Below, piece after piece: positions 1-10,696 of a stretch of 64,000 nucleotides of DNA. Every line of letters starts with the position of its first letter. Positions within the stretch are counted from its first letter, which is position 1. A program made the position numbers and the translations under genes. Source of the DNA: Minutocellus sp. GHC0000111. Lineage: Eukaryota. The DNA lies in assembly GCA_977018835.1 (NCBI GenBank), contig OZ361257.1, forward strand, positions 5,270,001 through 5,334,000, written 5' to 3'. The notes under the pieces are model-generated. The model saw only the letters and a list, made by a program, of their open reading frames with translations, searched no databases and had not been told where the DNA came from.

Positions 1-127
1 GGAGTTAGAAAAAGTGAGCTTGGATTTTTGGTCTGGTGTGGTCGTGTTTCTAATACGTCATCATCACGTCACTTTCAAATCCTCTGAACTCGAAAGGTAG
101 CCTACAAGAAAGACCAGAAAGAGAGTC

Positions 128-2572
128 ATGAGAATTGAGCACATGGGTCGGGTCCCACCCCAACACTGTTCTTTACCACTCCAACACTGTTCTTTACCAA
201 CGATGACCGATAGCGATCCTACTAGCACCAACGGTGCTGGCGTTAACGGTGTACCTAATTCCTTGCTTTTGCGATGCACTCGTTGTGGATTAGTTCTCAA
301 CGATCCAGAGACTGGCCTGCTCCGGTCTGTCCAGGATGAAGCTCATAATGGCCGGTGTCTGTTCTGCTTCCCCCTCCCGACGAGGGAGAATATTGCAGAG
401 ATGAGAAGACTACAGGTCGAAGAATATCGCCTTCGTTTGGAGACGACACGTGGCGGCCATGGTTCCGAGGCCGTGGTCCCACCAACCGCCGACCAAGCGT
501 CCGTTGCGAACACATGTAGGGATTCTACTTTGGTTACTGATACCATTGACGCCGCTACCGACCGGAACACAACTTTTAATGCGTCGGTAACCCAAGCGAT
601 ACCAGTAACTCCAGCGGCCATCGGTTGTCAAAGGAATGGCGGAGAACATCAAGTGAACCCTGCCGCTCTGAGTGTCGATTCTCGGGCCCAGGGCCATTCA
701 TGTAGCTATGGACTACGACCTGGCTGCCAAGACGAAGGTCAAGGCCAAGCCACAGCATTTCGGCCTCGTACTTTGCTCAATGACGATGATGTTAATGCTG
801 GCCAAACCGATGGGCACGGGGCCGACCACACTGACACACCACCTTCAACACAGGAGAATGCAGAAACGGACGAGCAGATGGAGGAGAAGGACATGGCAGC
901 AGAAGACGCCGCGAGTGGTTCACCACAGGACGCGTCGACTTCTCATTTACAATCGACAGCCCCTTCACCTTCTCTCGCAACTGTAATTGCAACTGCAGCA
1001 GGCGCCACCGGCGGCGGTGGCAGTGTGCCGGATGGATCCTTTTTCTCGATAGTAGCAATGTTTGAAGCGCAGGAGAGGGAGGATAATGGTGGCAGCGGCG
1101 ACGACGGCGGTATAGAGGAAGTTGTCATGGCCTTTGATGGAGATCGCACAAAGGATGGTGAAGATGAGGGGAGGAGCGATCACAAGATCAACAACAAACG
1201 AAAAGATCCTCCGGATAAATCGGATGCTTCTACTATGGAGAGTGTGAATGGTTCCTTTTCGCCTTCAGTGACAGCACCCGCGGTACACCAACAAAATCCT
1301 CCATCAGAATCATTATCCCAAGTCGAGAATGAAAGTGATAGCGAAGGTGAGAACTCACGGAAAAGGATTCGCAGTGGTAGCTGTTCCGCTTTTTTAAACG
1401 CCAACGACCCACTATTCAAAGAAATTCAGACCTACATAACAGAAGGACAGGCCAAGGATATAAGTGTTGGTCAAAGGGATGTTTATGTCGAGAAGCTCAG
1501 GGTAATAATTGAGAATGAGGAGTCCACCAACACTAAGAAGCAGCACGCGAGCACCATGATATCCCTCGAAGCACCCAAGATGATTGTAACTGCCATGCAA
1601 AGAATTGCAGCGAGCTTTGTGAGCCTTAAAATGGCCAAGGCAAGGAACGCGTGTGCTAGATACATGTCAGAGTGCTGTCACACTCTAGCCACTCTCGCGT
1701 ACTATGGCAGAGCTCAATCTGTGGTTGATGTTGGTGCCATACCGGCTACCATCTCGGCGTTAGAGATGAATGCGAAAATTCGGAATCCAAAGCTTTATCT
1801 CCATGGAATCGAGGCATTGCAAACTCTGTCAGTATGTGCGACCGAAGAGATATTGGAGAACGAAGGTCTTGCGATGATTTCATCTATTGTTGTTCATTTG
1901 CAGACGAAAATACGTTCCAATAGCAGCAGAGACACAAAGCATACCCTTCGAATGATAATGAGGTTGCTGGACAATATGTCTTCTTCATCTCAGCTGGGCA
2001 CTCCTGATGAGAGAGATAACGAGGATGCTGAGAGAGCAAGAGCAATTAGTCAAAGGGGCCTGCTCAAGCCCATACTGGAGGTTATTGTGAACCTCCCTGA
2101 TGATGTAGAACTACAGCTTGCTGTCTGTAGCGCAATTGCCTCTCTGTCAGCCAGTGAAGATAATTGCAACGTCTTCGTCCAGTTAGGAGGAATTCGGTCG
2201 TTTGTGTTCCTCTCACACAGGCACCGCTTGAGCTCTGATCTTCAGATCGCTATTGCAGACTGTTTTGCGTGGTTGGTAGCAGATCAGGAAGAACACTCAA
2301 AACAGGCATGTAAGGATGGTGTTGTCACGACCTGTGTAGAACTCTTGAATGATAGTAACATGTCCATGTCCGTCATTCGCAGCGCATTGCGCGTTCTTGA
2401 CATTATCGGGGATGGCGAAGAGGGCGTCAAACACTTACTCGACGCCAAGGCAGTTTCGGCCGTGGCAACTCTCGCCGAAAAAGCAGAGAACAATGATGAT
2501 TTCCGCCTGTTGTGCCAAAATTTCCTGGACCGACTGCACGGATATTCCAATGTTCATTCCTTCGTTTCCTAG
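128..2572 (+). CDS. Armadillo/HEAT-repeat protein with long disordered N-terminal half
   Basis: 814-aa intronless ORF; N-terminal CxxC...CxxC, acidic low-complexity middle, helical ARM-like repeats from about aa 480 (e.g. 'LQLAVCSAIASLS...GGIRSFV', 'DGVVTTCVELL'). True start may be a later Met. Confidence 0.65.
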   Translation: MRIEHMGRVPPQHCSLPLQHCSLPTMTDSDPTSTNGAGVNGVPNSLLLRCTRCGLVLNDPETGLLRSVQDEAHNGRCLFCFPLPTRENIAEMRRLQVEEYRLRLETTRGGHGSEAVVPPTADQASVANTCRDSTLVTDTIDAATDRNTTFNASVTQAIPVTPAAIGCQRNGGEHQVNPAALSVDSRAQGHSCSYGLRPGCQDEGQGQATAFRPRTLLNDDDVNAGQTDGHGADHTDTPPSTQENAETDEQMEEKDMAAEDAASGSPQDASTSHLQSTAPSPSLATVIATAAGATGGGGSVPDGSFFSIVAMFEAQEREDNGGSGDDGGIEEVVMAFDGDRTKDGEDEGRSDHKINNKRKDPPDKSDASTMESVNGSFSPSVTAPAVHQQNPPSESLSQVENESDSEGENSRKRIRSGSCSAFLNANDPLFKEIQTYITEGQAKDISVGQRDVYVEKLRVIIENEESTNTKKQHASTMISLEAPKMIVTAMQRIAASFVSLKMAKARNACARYMSECCHTLATLAYYGRAQSVVDVGAIPATISALEMNAKIRNPKLYLHGIEALQTLSVCATEEILENEGLAMISSIVVHLQTKIRSNSSRDTKHTLRMIMRLLDNMSSSSQLGTPDERDNEDAERARAISQRGLLKPILEVIVNLPDDVELQLAVCSAIASLSASEDNCNVFVQLGGIRSFVFLSHRHRLSSDLQIAIADCFAWLVADQEEHSKQACKDGVVTTCVELLNDSNMSMSVIRSALRVLDIIGDGEEGVKHLLDAKAVSAVATLAEKAENNDDFRLLCQNFLDRLHGYSNVHSFVS

Positions 2573-3027
2573 GCCTACAAAGAGGAGAGAGGAGGGGAAG
2601 AGAAAGGAACATTGGAGTGCTGCACCAGGTAGAGATCTAGATCTAGGTACGTACCGGTACGTAGTATTCTCTCTTTTAATCTCTTCCGCACTGGGTTAGA
2701 TCTACATGTACTACTACTTTTGTACATCTATATAAGTCAAATGCATGTGTGTTAGATTCCTGCTCCCTATAAATAGATCTAGGATTCCTAGATCTAGGAA
2801 TCCACATGCTGCAGTCTTTTTGTTTTGTCACTTACTATAAACCATTACCTAGTCTAGATCTACCGTGCTGCTACGTAGATATATCTTCTAGCTAAACTAC
2901 ATGTACTAGCTAGACTCTAGCTAGAGACTAGCTACGTAGACTAGTAGGAATTCCTAGCTAGCTAGCTACGTAGTAGTGGTAGGAATTCCTACCGGTAGTA
3001 GTGGAGGGCTCCTGAAATCATTTTTCT

Positions 3028-3395
3028 CATTCGCGATAGATCTTCATTTTGTTTTAAGATGTACGATGCAGATGCATGTAGTACAGGAGCCTCGTACCTG
3101 CCTGCCTGCAGGTACACATGTCTACATGTACTATACATGTACCGGTACATGTACTGATGCGCCAATCATGGTAATGCTGGCTGAATCAGCTGTGCTGGTG
3201 TGCTCTACAATGTAGAGACTCTTCCTGCAAAGCACATGAAACCACGAGATAATAGAGAAAGAATACACTCTCTAGCTACGTAGACTGGTATACAACTACA
3301 TGATACGTCAGCTGCTCAAATGGTGGCCAGCTAGATCTAGCAAGCCTACATGCATATTTTCTATGCTACGTACCAATTAGGAAGCTAAGTACATA
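3028..3395 (+). repeat. Dispersed repeat (~360 bp), second copy at 41299-41659
   Basis: Aligns by eye from 'cattcgcgatagatct' to 'aagctaagtacata' with 41299-41659; the differences include TA-site micro-insertions. Confidence 0.85.
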
Positions 3396-3496
3396 CTAGT
3401 AGCTAGTTATTCTCTTGCTACGGAGCTACCGGTACATGCGTGAATAAAATCTATCTACATGTATGTAGGAAATGGGACCGATTAGATCTATATCGC

Positions 3497-3534
3497 TCTT
3501 GTTGCTTTCGAGTAAATACTCGAAAGCAACAAGA
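3497..3534. repeat. Perfect 18-bp inverted repeat (hairpin)
   Basis: tcttgttgctttcgagta-aa-tactcgaaagcaacaaga; outer attagat (3481)/atctaat (3535) also pair. Confidence 0.9.
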
Positions 3535-3868
3535 ATCTAATTTCTATCACCTGCAGTGCCGATCTCTAGATCCCCACCCCTTTTAAACCCTATAACATTA
3601 TGCCCTAACCCTATGGGCTCTTTGCATACCGTCGCTCGCTACGCTTGCAGCAGCGCTTCACGCCTTCGGCGTTCCACGGATGGCCGCATCGGGGTCAATG
3701 ACGCCCGCTCCACGGGCGAAAGGCCACTCATGAATGTGTCATTGGCAATGTGGCTAAAATCCTTCGAGTAGCCGTCGTTTTAAGAGAAAATTTGTGACCG
3801 GCCGGCGCGACTAAGAGAGAGAGTTCGGCTGGCCGGCTGGCAGCAAAATAAAATTGACCCTCTGCTGT

Positions 3869-3978
3869 GGCCCTCAATATCAATAAGAATAAGAAAGACG
3901 AAGTTTGTGCGGTGATCTGCCTCGACCCTATTGATCTTGCCCTCAGATGACGATTTGATAAATGTTTACGTAGATTTT
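3869..3978 (+). repeat. Short dispersed repeat family A (~120 bp)
   Basis: 'ggccct...gaataagaaagacgaag...tattgatcttgccctc(a)agatgacaatttgataaacgtttacgtagatt'; other copies at 7188-7348(-), 8416-8485 (partial), 8537-8628(+), 12337-12392(-), 16031-16152(+), ~26430-26455. Confidence 0.8.
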
Positions 3979-4218
3979 TACTTAGACATATTATAAAGAC
4001 AACCCTCTCGGCGTTTTGGCTCAAACCTACTCGTATTGTTCCTATCTTCATCTCTTCAAGATGACAATTCGACAAAAAGTGTACGGTGCAGATTTTTAAT
4101 TACATTTACCAATAGATCTAGTAGCTGCGTAGCTCATCATCACTGCCGATCTCTAGCTACGTAGTAGCTGAATGGTCATACATGTAGCGCATCTAAATTG
4201 TTGCTTGTACTACGCCTT

Positions 4219-6783
4219 TTACCATTCTGTCTCGCGATAATCCTTGAAAAAAAGTCCGTACGCTTTCTTCCTCTTCTTTTCATTTGTACGAGGAGTCGTC
4301 TCTCCTGAGCCCTGGACATCCTCAGCGCCCACACCCTCGCGGGCATTGTTCTCCTCGTCCATCATAACTCCGACGAAAACTGGATCAAGGATTCGGGCGG
4401 CAGCATCAATCTCATCAATAGGCGTCTGAAACAAATTCGTTATTGCGATTTTACTGGCCTTCTCCAGAGGATTCTCATCGTTAATCCAACCTGTTGAATC
4501 AATTTTGAATCGAGCAAAATGGAATGGTAAGATTCTTTCCGTCAACTGCCCCTCGCCCAATCTTTTTACACACTAGTAGAATCGGGACAAGCAAGAGGAA
4601 ACTGCAACCTTTTTTGCACCACGTACCTGTATCTACAGAGTTCATAAAAATACGATGAGATTTTGCAAGATCCTCAGAAGACGTACGTGTCAGCATGTTC
4701 AAAGCAGCTTTTGCCATGTTGGTATCTAATAAACCCGTCGATGCAGGTACCAGGAATAAGTAGAAACAAGAGAAGGGCAAACACAATTAGCACTCTGCTG
4801 AAAAGAGACAGCACGGCACACACTCATTGGCTGTCTTTACTCACGCGGGTGATTTGGCATCTTGTACCGATAAAATTTCCCTTCCATTGCGCTTACATTG
4901 ATGATGTAGCGATCGGGGCGGTCAGATGATTGCGGCGCCGACATGAGAGGTTTTAGTCGCGAATTGAGCACAAATGGTGCAATCGCATTGATGAACATAC
5001 ACTCCATCACTTCAGGCGTGGAAACGTCCTCCATTTTGAGAAACCAAGAATTGTGCGACCTAAGATCAAGCTGATGGCCATTGATATCCTCCAGCCCTGG
5101 GGGAAGGACAGACTACGACACACCCACATCCTCTGGAACAACAACGAGTTGCGACATTGCAGCCGAGTGAGATAGACCAGTCGTCTCAAAGGGAACGGGC
5201 GTATCCTTCTTATCCGCAGCAGCTCCCAAAGTGCTATTGGACTTCGCCGGGGCAAGTTGAGTTGTGGCAGAAGGGAGAGAAGTTTCGTCAGGAACTGGTT
5301 TCTCAACATCTATCCCCATCTGAATCAAGGGGACATCTTGCGTCTTTATGCCATCATCTTCAATCTGCCTGGCCTGGCCGCTCTGGGCATGATCTACGAC
5401 CAACAAACGACGTCTAACACGTTCGAAGTCCACGCACCCATCAAGAAGGGCTTTGTGGGTGAAATCGGCATCCTTCCAAAGCTCTTGTTCTCGATTCACC
5501 AATGGGGAGTAGTAACCTCTCGGCCGACGCACGGTCTGGCAGGCGTTGTGAATTAGAATGTCGATTCCACTGTCGCCATATTTTATTTTGAGGAATCTTG
5601 TAAAGGCCTCAAGTCCAGTGACGTCCCTAAGATCCAGTCCATACACATGTAGTCTACTGGACCACTGAGAAAAATCTTTCTCTTTCCTGTAGGTAGCTGC
5701 AGCTGAATTTGGAAATCTAGTGGTAGCGACCACGGTGCAACTAGCTCGGATTAAAAAAACAAGAGATACAAATTGGCCATAATTAGAGGACGAAAAAGCA
5801 CGAAGAAGATTATGTATGTAATGTATGTGGATCAACTAACTCCTACTAGCGGCATTCTTTGCTGATTTGTAATATGTAAGTTCACATATTACAAACCAGC
5901 AAAGAATTGCCACTTGCTGTACTTACCCGGAACGAAGCAGCTTCAAGACTGTCTGATAGCCAATCTTCACCCGCGATCCGGTGACAACGGCCACCTTTCC
6001 TCGTAGATCAGCGCTCTGATGCCTCTTAGAAAAATTCAGAGCGGCGCACTTGGGACAGAGCTGATCGTAAAAGTGATGGAGCTCTCGATATCGTACCTTA
6101 CACACGTAGCAGGAACGAAGCTTCGGAAGTTGCACAGGCTCCTCAGTGTTGTTGGCGTCGATGATTTTTTTCTCATCCTCGAGGAGAAGAGGGCTACTAG
6201 GATCGGTAGTATCAACATGGCCATCGGGAATCAGCATCTTGAGTTGTTCCAACTTCTTCTTTTCCTCATCCATCGCATCGGTCTTGAGCTTCTCTAGCTT
6301 CTCCACCCGACCTCTCCGCAACGCCGTGCTAGCAATGTACTTCTTCTGGTGATCGGACTCACTCAGCTTTTGCCTTTTTAGAGTACGGTCGGCGACTCTA
6401 TCCTTATAATGCTGGTCCTCTGATTTACCATTATAGAGAATCAGCTGGTGTAATTCGTAGCACTGCGCTAGCGCCTTCCGGAGAGGACGCAGATTCGAGG
6501 ATTGGTATTGCTCCATGCCACCTGTACCGTTGCTGGCAAAGCCTTGATCCGTATCGCCTTTGCTGTCGATGTTGTCACCGCTATCTCCATCGTGCCGTCG
6601 CTTTTTTTGGCATCTTTTCTTGGGATTGAGCGAGGCAACGGCCTGAAGCACCTTGACGGCCGTGTGGAGATCGTCGTAAGTAACATTGTGTTCAGCTAGC
6701 TGCGGCACCAGACCAGCACCCGCCGCTTCAAAAGGACCAGCACCCGCCGCTTCAGAAGGAGCATTGATACCAGCGTTGCTCAT
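4219..6783 (-). CDS. Short-chain dehydrogenase/reductase with N-terminal Cys motif (in-frame TAG at 5113-5115 as written)
   Basis: Exons 6783-5927, 5740-4845, 4725-4627, 4490-4219 with GT-AG junctions that keep frame; motifs CYVC...CPKC, 'AVVTGSRVKIG', 'IINVSAMEG', 'HPHTNMAKAALNM', 'VDTGWINDENP'. Reading continues in frame after the TAG ('DVGVS*SVLPPGLEDINGHQLDLR'). Confidence 0.85.
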
Positions 6784-6819
6784 TTTATGTTACACGTTGC
6801 GAATTACACTTGACTGATG

Positions 6820-6968
6820 AGTTGGAGTATAGAACGTGCGAAAGGTATTCACGTTGTTCGTATCGGTTGTATCGGGCAGAAGTTGGTTGTATCGGGCAGA
6901 AGTTGGAGTAAAGAATGTGCGAAAGGTATTCACGTTGTTCGTACGAAAGGTATCGGTTGTATCGGGCG
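6820..6968. repeat. Complex tandem duplication upstream of the SDR start
   Basis: Two copies of 'gttggagta.agaa.gtgcgaaaggtattcacgttgttcgta' interleaved with three 'ggttgtatcgggc'. Confidence 0.8.
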
Positions 6969-7484
6969 CGGTAAAAATGGGTGGCCAAGCAATACGCGTC
7001 TCTCCTCTCCTAAATAAACGAAACATTCAATTTTTAAAGAAAAAAATTAAATAGAGAGTGATAAGAATGTGACAGCAGGCAGACAGAGCAGGTCGGCCGT
7101 CGTCCCCTCAGCCCCCTCAGCATGGGCCCCTCAGTCAGTTTTATGCTGCTGCTGCTGAAAGATCTAGGAATTCCTACATGTACATGCAGAATCTACGTAA
7201 ACGTTTATCAAATTGTCATCTATCTTGAGGGCAAAGTCAATATACATGTACGGTCAATGCAATTCACACCGCAACACCTTCGTCTTTCTTATTCATTCGT
7301 ACCGGTACAGATACATAGATCTAGATCTACATAATATGCATAGGGCCCTATATATATATTACAAATCAGCAAAGAATGTCACTAGTAGGCGAGTTAGGTG
7401 ATCGTTGCTACAAAGACCAACGGTCAAATCATATATGACAATTTTCAGATGTACATGATAGATCTAGGACGATCTAGACTATAT

Positions 7485-8363
7485 CCCTCGTGAGCAGTCG
7501 TGCCGGGGTTCCCGAGGCTCATTCATTATGCCCCGGGTATTCCCGGGGTATAATCTGTGAGCCGATTTTGGAGGCTTCAGACCATCGTCGTTTTGTCTCA
7601 TTCCTTTTGCACACCTGTCATTCAAAGCAAGACGAAGTGCACAGGACCTTGAGATTATTGATTCTTCTTCTTGCTTGCATCAATACTTGGCTCTAAAGGC
7701 AGGGGATCGGGCAAGAATGAGGCAAATCAGAATTTTCAAGGCGGTGTCACCTCGAGCCAGACAGCCGCCTAGCTAGCTTTGCCCGCGTTGCTAAACCCCT
7801 GGTATATTGAATTGGACCTTCGATCGAAACAACAAAACTCTTGTGGAAAGCATTTGTACTACTATGAACGTCTGCGTCTCGCTTGCCACTAACTGCACTA
7901 CTGGCTCGCTTGTAGGCTGGGACAACTCACTTCTGGAATCGTGGGGCATGCATTTAGAGTATGCAGGGGGCAATAGAGCTGCAGTTTAAATCCCCTGAGC
8001 CTTTCAGTAGGCGGCCGATCCTCGGGACGAGGTCGGTGTAAGTTACGAATGAAGTCGCCAGTTGTGTTAGAGATGTTGGATGGGGTCGCTGTAATCTCGG
8101 GTCAGCCGGCGATGCCTTCGGGCGGAATGTAGCATCCTTGGATGCCGCGTAGCTGGGCCACCTTTGATCCTCCGCCACAGGGGGAGAGAGATGAGACCTT
8201 TGACAATATCGAGGAATCTGTCTACCATTGAGTTCCCTTCGTGGGACAGTAGATAGCCTGTCTAATATAAGGAATGCTTACCTCTTACCGCTTACCGCTT
8301 ACCGCTAAACCCCTGGTATTCCCGGGGTTAAGGCTGATCAACAGCGTAATTCTCTCACGAGGG
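7485..8363. mobile_element. piggyBac-like MITE (CCC...GGG ends, ATAT TSD) carrying a nested retro-insertion
   Basis: ATAT 7481-7484 and 8364-8367; TIR ccctcgtgag/ctcacgaggg; highly similar to 14954-15351 except for the insert. Confidence 0.85.
7806..8303 (+). mobile_element. 5'-truncated non-LTR retrotransposon (or SINE) 3' end
   Basis: 16-bp duplication gctaaacccctggtat at 7790-7805 and 8304-8319 (single copy in the sister MITE); short ORF end to 7989, hairpin-rich 3' region, (CTTACC/G)n tail at 8277-8303. Confidence 0.8.
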
Positions 8364-8857
8364 ATATACGTGTACCGGTAGATCTACATGCGCCTATATG
8401 TATTACACATATTATATTTGATAAACGTTTACGTACCGGTAGATTCTATTATTATATTGTCATCTTGAGGGCAAGATCAATGGAGTCATGTACATGTAGG
8501 TCTACCGGTACTACTAGATCTAGATGAATGCACCTAAGACAAAGTTTTTGCGGTGAATTGCCTTGACCCTATTGATCGTGCCCTCTCAAGATGACAATTT
8601 GATATAAACGTTTACGTAGATTCTATTTATACATGTACGTGTATGATGTGAGTGCTTACTGATGCAAGTGCGACTAGAATCGTATCTACTCTTCAAACAA
8701 ATAGATATTTTAAGCTGCTACTACATGTACTCTGATCTACTTTCTAACTCAGCGGGACGACACCACCACCACCAAAACAAGTGCATGTAAGGGTAAGGTA
8801 GATCTAGAAATCACCACACGCACATGTAGGTCTAGCTAGCCAGTCGAGATCTCGGTC

Positions 8858-8990
8858 TCTCCAAGCGTTGGGATTGTTGGCTGCTTGTACGAAGCCTTCG
8901 AAGGTAGCTGCCAGATTGAAGTCAGGCTGATCTTCTCCCGGTTGTTATTCTTGGTGCAGGCTCTTCTGTGTCGTCTTCGACCGATGTGAA
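8858..8990. repeat. Dispersed repeat, direct copy at ~11040-11165
   Basis: Shared 'gttgggattgttggc...ccttcgaaggtagctgccagatt.aagtc.gg.tgat...ttctgtgtcgtc'. Confidence 0.7.
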
Positions 8991-9288
8991 TGACAATCTG
9001 AATTGCCAGCCCGTCCCCGTCAATAACTATATCCATTCTGGAGCTGATTGAGATCTCAACATGCTCTGTGCCAGTAGCTGCTTTTGGTGTCGCAGCTGTA
9101 GGCTCGCCTGGGATCGGCCTCCAGTCCCTCAAAATGCTATAATACCGGTACCAGATCTACCGGTACTGTATGTAGATCTACATGCATTTAGCTACGTAAC
9201 AAGAGAGACTAGTCTACGTAGTAGTGCACCTGAGACAGAAACCATATCTCAGCACAGACAATGCAAGAAAATTTGATGACTGTTTTCG

Positions 9289-10696
9289 CTATTGTTGTTG
9301 CATCTCTTCCAAGAAGTAGGAAACCAAATCCCTTGCGCTTACTATGCCGACGACTCGTTCTTGTTCGTCAACAACAACGAGGCGATTGAACTTCCACTGC
9401 GCAAAGTACTCAAATATTGATTGGAGAGTGTGCGCCCTCGTGCAGGTGTGCAAAGCGTCGGGTGTTGTTACGTCCGTCCGCCTTTGTGACATGAGCACCT
9501 CGAGAGTAAGGTCAAGGTTGGAAACGGCGTCCTCGGCATCCGTCGCGGCCGCGAGGAAGGTGATGTCCGATCGACTGTAAACGCCCACTACCTTCCCGGC
9601 GTTGTCAACGACGGGCATGGCCGATAACCCATTGATGTGCAGTGTATGCAGACCTCCGCCAGAGTCTCACTTGCCCGGGCGGTAACGACATCGTCATGAT
9701 ACGTTCCTATCCCGAGATCGTACACCGTGTCGTCAAAGAGCCGCCTCTGCTCCCGAAAATGCGTTACCAAATGCTCCAATATGTTGGTGTAGGTTATGGT
9801 GGCGAGACAGCGCATGTCGTCTGGTAAGATGACCGGGAGAAAGTCGAGGGAATGTCCATGCAGTAGTCGGCAGGCTTGTTTCAGAGTGGTCTCTGACGAG
9901 GCAGAGAGGAAAGTCCGATGGTGCGAAGCGCTGGGTGTGGCCTCGACGGCCGTGGCGTCTCTCCTGTCGCATTTTGGCACATGCCTCACGAGGACACTCG
10001 CAAGGATATCCCCGTCGGATAGAATCTCCGATATGGACCGCGTGGCCAGCGTCGACACATCACCCTTGGTTCTTCGATAGTATCTCAAAACATCTATGAA
10101 ATCAGTCACTGTTAGTAGGCCCACGAATTGTCTTGTGCCAGAATCCCACAACGGTGCGCATTGCATATCTATGTTTCCACATATATGGCACGGATTTCGC
10201 AATGTAAGAACATAACCGGCAAAGGAGGGGTGTGATGTGATGTGATTTGTCATGTGAGTTCATTCAAATAAATAGGTCAATGTCATCAATTTCTATATTC
10301 CATGAGAGAGTTTCCTTATTCTAAAATGGGATATGAGCCGTCCCTCCGGCCCTCTGTGCCATCCAGCAACTTGCCGTGTTCTACCAACGCATAAAATGCC
10401 AGCTGGATCGGCATGCGGGTATCGAATACCACCACCTTCCCGCTCGCCCTCAGGACTGAGAAGCACGTGTGCCCATCGAGGAACTGTGAGATGGCCTCCC
10501 TCCCAGCCCTCCTGACAACTTCCCGCTCGTTGAGGAGACCGGACGACGAACCCGACTGAGCCATCGCCGACATGTTGCTGTTACTGGGGTCCTCGGAAGA
10601 GTGCGGTCCTCCGCCGTCTAACGATGATTGCGATGATAGCGCGGTGGGTGTGAATTGGCCAGAGTAAAGCGATCGCGATTCCATCGCCATCGGCAT
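9289..10696 (-). CDS. SNF4: AMP-activated/SNF1 kinase gamma subunit (CBS domains); 1-nt frameshift at ~9651 as written
   Basis: 'SGKVVVFDT..IQLAFYALVEH/DMQCAPLWDS...FVGLLTVTDFID', 'MPVVD..GKVVGVYSRSDI'; exons 10696-10375 and 10168-9289; adding one C restores 'EVLHTLHINGLSAMPVVD'. Confidence 0.9.

Noticed and set aside
160..199. Short coding tandem repeats (ccaacactgttctttacca x2; also ~6712-6755)
   Set aside because: Ordinary local duplications in low-complexity N-termini.
6815..6848. Hammerhead ribozyme (CTGATGAG...CGAAA)
   Set aside because: No complementary stem II between the motifs and no convincing stems I/III; the region is a tandem duplication.
6820..6968. CRISPR-like array (also 18485-18606 and 35433-35537)
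   Set aside because: No regular unique spacers, no cas genes, eukaryotic context.
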